A stretch of DNA of 19,200 bases from Planctomycetales bacterium. GTDB lineage: Bacteria; 4484-113. Shown one piece after another: positions 16,706 through 19,200 of the stretch (positions are counted from its first letter, which is position 1; each line of letters opens with the position of its first letter). The notes beneath the pieces are model-generated. The model was given only the letters and a program-made list of their open reading frames with translations, was not told the origin of the DNA and made no database searches. Made by a program: the position numbers and the translations under genes. The stretch is taken from the NCBI GenBank assembly GCA_037441675.1, contig JBBIRS010000014.1, forward strand, positions 1 through 19,200, written 5' to 3'.

Positions 16706-17064
16706 TTGCTTTCAATTTCGCTAGCGGTAAAGAAACCTGCAACCTTTCTAAGCTCTGTCACAAAGACAATACCCTGACCGGGTAAATTCAGCTTACCCGC
16801 CTTCACAACTGCTTGGAAAACGTCGTCAGTAATTTTTCGTGGGGTGACGAACATAATAACTTCCTTTTCGGGCGAGATAGCAATTCCGAGAAGACCCAGC
16901 TTCTCCCTGATTCCCCCGCCTCTCCCAAACCAGATTGTCGCTCCACCAGCTCCTGCCTTCATAGCTCTCTTGACGACTTTATCCGCTTTACCACGCTGTA
17001 CAACAACCGTTATCAGGTCTTGTTCAGTTCCGTCCCTATTTCCGTGCCTATTTACATCCGACAT
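16699..17064 (-). CDS. P-II family (GlnB-like) regulator, non-canonical
   Basis: ITVVVQRGKADKVVKRAMKAGAGGATI, GRGGG, PEKEVIMFV and B-loop PGQGIVFV. This is the type typically found beside DUF1538 genes. Confidence 0.88.
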   Translation of the reverse strand: MSDVNRHGNRDGTEQDLITVVVQRGKADKVVKRAMKAGAGGATIWFGRGGGIREKLGLLGIAISPEKEVIMFVTPRKITDDVFQAVVKAGKLNLPGQGIVFVTELRKVAGFFTASEIESKM

Positions 17065-17082
17065 TTCTCATATACCCCATTC

Positions 17083-18783
17083 TTACGATTTTTGAAGCGA
17101 ATCTGGGCTCTTATCAATCTCATCTTCCTCTTCCTCTTCCATCTCTTCCACATCTGAGGTCGCTTGCCTTCTACCTTTTGTCAAAAGCCCCAATCCTAAC
17201 ACGCTCATTATAGGGCATACGGAGGCAAGAGCCAAAATTCCAAATCCCTCCGTGAGAGTAAGGGAGCTACCAAGTCCAAGCCCCATCGCAATTACTAAAG
17301 GAACCGTAACAGGTCCAGTGGTGACACCCGCACTATCCCACCCTATGTTTACAAATTCCTCAGTAGAAACTACCGTCATCGCTAAAAGGATTAGATAAAG
17401 TGGAATTAAGAGTACTCCCAGAGGAATACCGAAGATAAGCTTTATGACACCTAGCGCAATGCCGACACCTACACCGGTCGCCACAACGTTGATAAGCAGT
17501 TTCCGCTTGATAGCACCGTTTGTAATTTCCTCTACCTTGATGGCTAAGGCGTTAAGCGCCGGCTCTGCTATTGTTGCTCCAAACCCTAGAATAAACGCAA
17601 AAGCTACAACAACCACCCTCCCCATTATGTCCCCGTACATTCCAAAACCCGGCGGGTGAAAGGTGGTGGGAAGATCCTCGCCGACCTGATTCCCCAGCGG
17701 TGACAGCCCAGTGAGTAATCCGAAATTAAAGACAAACATACCAAAAAGCGCAAATCCGATGCCTAACGATACCTCTTCCAGATACTCAAGCCTTGCTTTG
17801 GCAATAAATACAAGGACGAGATAAAGAAAAATCATCAGCGGGGCGATTGCCTGTAACGCCGAGACAAAAGCCTTTGTGAAGTAAACGGAGATACCTGGTT
17901 CGCTGGTTTGGGCTATCTGGGTTAGAGGTATGCTCAGTTTAGTTGGGTCAAATAATCCGAAGTAGTTTAGACCAAGTGCCAATAGTAGAACGGTGATAAT
18001 GGGAAATAGTGATGCGAGAGTAACGATACCAAATCCTGCCTTTCCCGTTTCAGCTCTGCCTGCTATTCTTGCGAGTCCTATCCCTAAGGCTAGCACGAGT
18101 GGGACAGTAACAGGACCAGTTGTAACTGCGCCGGTATCCCAGGCAAGTCCGACGATGGAAGCTGTATTTGCGTTCAAACTCGCTAGAACGGTAAGCGCAA
18201 GTGTAATCAAGACGCTTGGTAGGATAAGTGGCGTTAGGTTCCAATCCCTGATTATTCGCAATATTCCCACCATTGAAGCAATGCCGACGCCAATACCAAC
18301 CGCAAGGATGAGATAAGCACTCTTCTCATTGAGTAAGTAGTAGAGCATTTTAGCCCTTTCGGGAGTTATCAAGGTCCCGGCTGTTTTCAAGGCTCCAATG
18401 GAAGGTTCCGCCAGGGTCGCTCCAATTCCGACCAGGAAGGCGAAACCAAGCACAATCCCAAGGGTCGCCGATTGAGGCAGGCTAGACCCTATTTTCTCTG
18501 CGAAGGGCATAAGCCCTAGCCTTAAACCCTCCATAAAGAACATTAAACCCACAAGAACCGCCAAAATACCGAAACTTATCCTAAGCGCGTTCTCCAAAGT
18601 TTGTGACAAGATGAGGAGCTGGAAAAGCGCTAGATAAGCCACCACAGGCATTACTAGGGTCACCTGCTCCCAGAACTTGGCACCCGCGTATGGGGCGAGT
18701 ATTTGAGATGCTTGCCAAGGAGTGATGCGGATTTGAATCGAGTACACGTCTTCTAACTCATTTGAGGTATCTTTTTTGATCAT
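17083..18783 (-). CDS. DUF1538 polytopic membrane protein with two fused repeats (putative transporter)
   Basis: Highly hydrophobic with internally duplicated motifs: GATLAEPS / GATIAEPA and AWDTGAVTTGPVTVPLVLALGIG / GWDSAGVTTGPVTVPLVIAMGLG. Acidic C-terminal tail. Confidence 0.88.
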   Translation of the reverse strand: MIKKDTSNELEDVYSIQIRITPWQASQILAPYAGAKFWEQVTLVMPVVAYLALFQLLILSQTLENALRISFGILAVLVGLMFFMEGLRLGLMPFAEKIGSSLPQSATLGIVLGFAFLVGIGATLAEPSIGALKTAGTLITPERAKMLYYLLNEKSAYLILAVGIGVGIASMVGILRIIRDWNLTPLILPSVLITLALTVLASLNANTASIVGLAWDTGAVTTGPVTVPLVLALGIGLARIAGRAETGKAGFGIVTLASLFPIITVLLLALGLNYFGLFDPTKLSIPLTQIAQTSEPGISVYFTKAFVSALQAIAPLMIFLYLVLVFIAKARLEYLEEVSLGIGFALFGMFVFNFGLLTGLSPLGNQVGEDLPTTFHPPGFGMYGDIMGRVVVVAFAFILGFGATIAEPALNALAIKVEEITNGAIKRKLLINVVATGVGVGIALGVIKLIFGIPLGVLLIPLYLILLAMTVVSTEEFVNIGWDSAGVTTGPVTVPLVIAMGLGLGSSLTLTEGFGILALASVCPIMSVLGLGLLTKGRRQATSDVEEMEEEEEDEIDKSPDSLQKS

Positions 18784-18814
18784 TTCATTTATCCCGAGTT
18801 TGCAAGACCAATTT

Positions 18815-19042
18815 CTACTGCGTTTTCAACTCTGCGGGAACGATAAGTGGAGGAAGCAGATATGAGACGAAAAGAGTAAGACCACTCATAGTCTCCAACA
18901 AATAAAGAACGTAGGCAATGCGGTTTATCACTGGGCCTAAACTAAAGTACCTGCCAAGCCCTCCACAGAATCTGAAGATAATACGGTCTTTTCTAAATTG
19001 ATAAAATCTTTTGAACTCCTTCTTGTGCACTTGGAAATTCAT
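18815..19042 (-). CDS. PspC-domain small membrane protein, degenerate (possibly decaying)
   Basis: KRFYQFRKDRIIFRFCGGLGRYFSLGPVINRIAYVL...YLLPPLIVPAE aligns by eye with the PspC pattern KLYRSRxDRxIxGVCGGLxxYFxxDPxxxR...YxxxxxxxP. Start uncertain. Confidence 0.65.
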   Translation of the reverse strand: MNFQVHKKEFKRFYQFRKDRIIFRFCGGLGRYFSLGPVINRIAYVLYLLETMSGLTLFVSYLLPPLIVPAELKTQ

Positions 19043-19138
19043 GAACAGTTGCTTATCAAACAAGAGATTTCAGCGCTAGCCTGTGATGATTAGAACGGGA
19101 TAAAATAGTATCATACTTGATAATAAATGTAAACTGTA

Positions 19139-19200
19139 TTAAGGGGCATTCTATGCCTAAGTACTCCTATGAACAATTTTCGGCGGTTAGAAATTACGCC
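19139..19200 (+). repeat. Direct repeat copy 2 (runs to the window edge)
   Basis: Matches 16602-16663 at 61/62 nt; offset 2537 bp. Confidence 0.95.
19153..19200 (+). CDS. 5' end of a gene running off the window, probably the intact S9-like peptidase
   Basis: AAGGGG RBS, then ATG and MPKYSYEQFSAVRNYA, open to the edge. The family is inferred only from how copy 1 continues. Confidence 0.5.
   Translation, partial: MPKYSYEQFSAVRNYA

Noticed and set aside
17115..17152. TCTTCC-like low-complexity run
   Set aside because: It is simply the codons for the Glu/Asp-rich tail of DUF1538, not an independent repeat element.
207..18316. Many antisense or alternate-frame ORFs in the track (e.g. 299-793, 6901-7530, 9541-9885, 13497-14063, 14814-15215, 17993-18316)
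   Set aside because: They lie over genes with clear family motifs and show no recognisable motifs of their own; treated as shadow ORFs.
16602..19200. The 62-nt repeat as a CRISPR repeat, IS terminal repeat or target-site duplication
   Set aside because: Only two direct copies 2.5 kb apart, coding in nature, too long for a target-site duplication, and no cas or transposase gene is present.

Overview
A 19.2-kb window of a mid-GC bacterial chromosome, mostly housekeeping and metabolic genes with unusually divergent sequences. In order: a stand-alone 5'-nucleotidase C-terminal-domain membrane protein, a cNMP-domain class III adenylate cyclase, hutH, an exported alkaline-phosphatase-superfamily enzyme, queH, an S8 subtilase with a dockerin-like tail, an RpoD-type sigma factor, an rplS-lepB-moxR-rluD-tgt run, pyrD and a rhodanese/MBL-fold fusion. 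The most notable structure is at the right end. A ~2.5-kb minus-strand cassette (PspC-like gene, fused double-DUF1538 membrane protein, non-canonical P-II protein) lies between two copies of the RBS and 5' end of a probable S9-type peptidase gene, matching at 61/62 nt up to the window edge. The left copy is truncated and appears to be decaying. Other oddities are an Ig-like domain fused to signal peptidase I, a ~24-aa basic insertion in L19, a 4x18-nt coding repeat in pyrD, a CCAPY motif plus insertion in QueH, and altered region 2.4/3.0 residues in the sigma factor. No tRNA, rRNA, CRISPR array or transposase was seen. All family calls are by motif recognition only; no searches were run.
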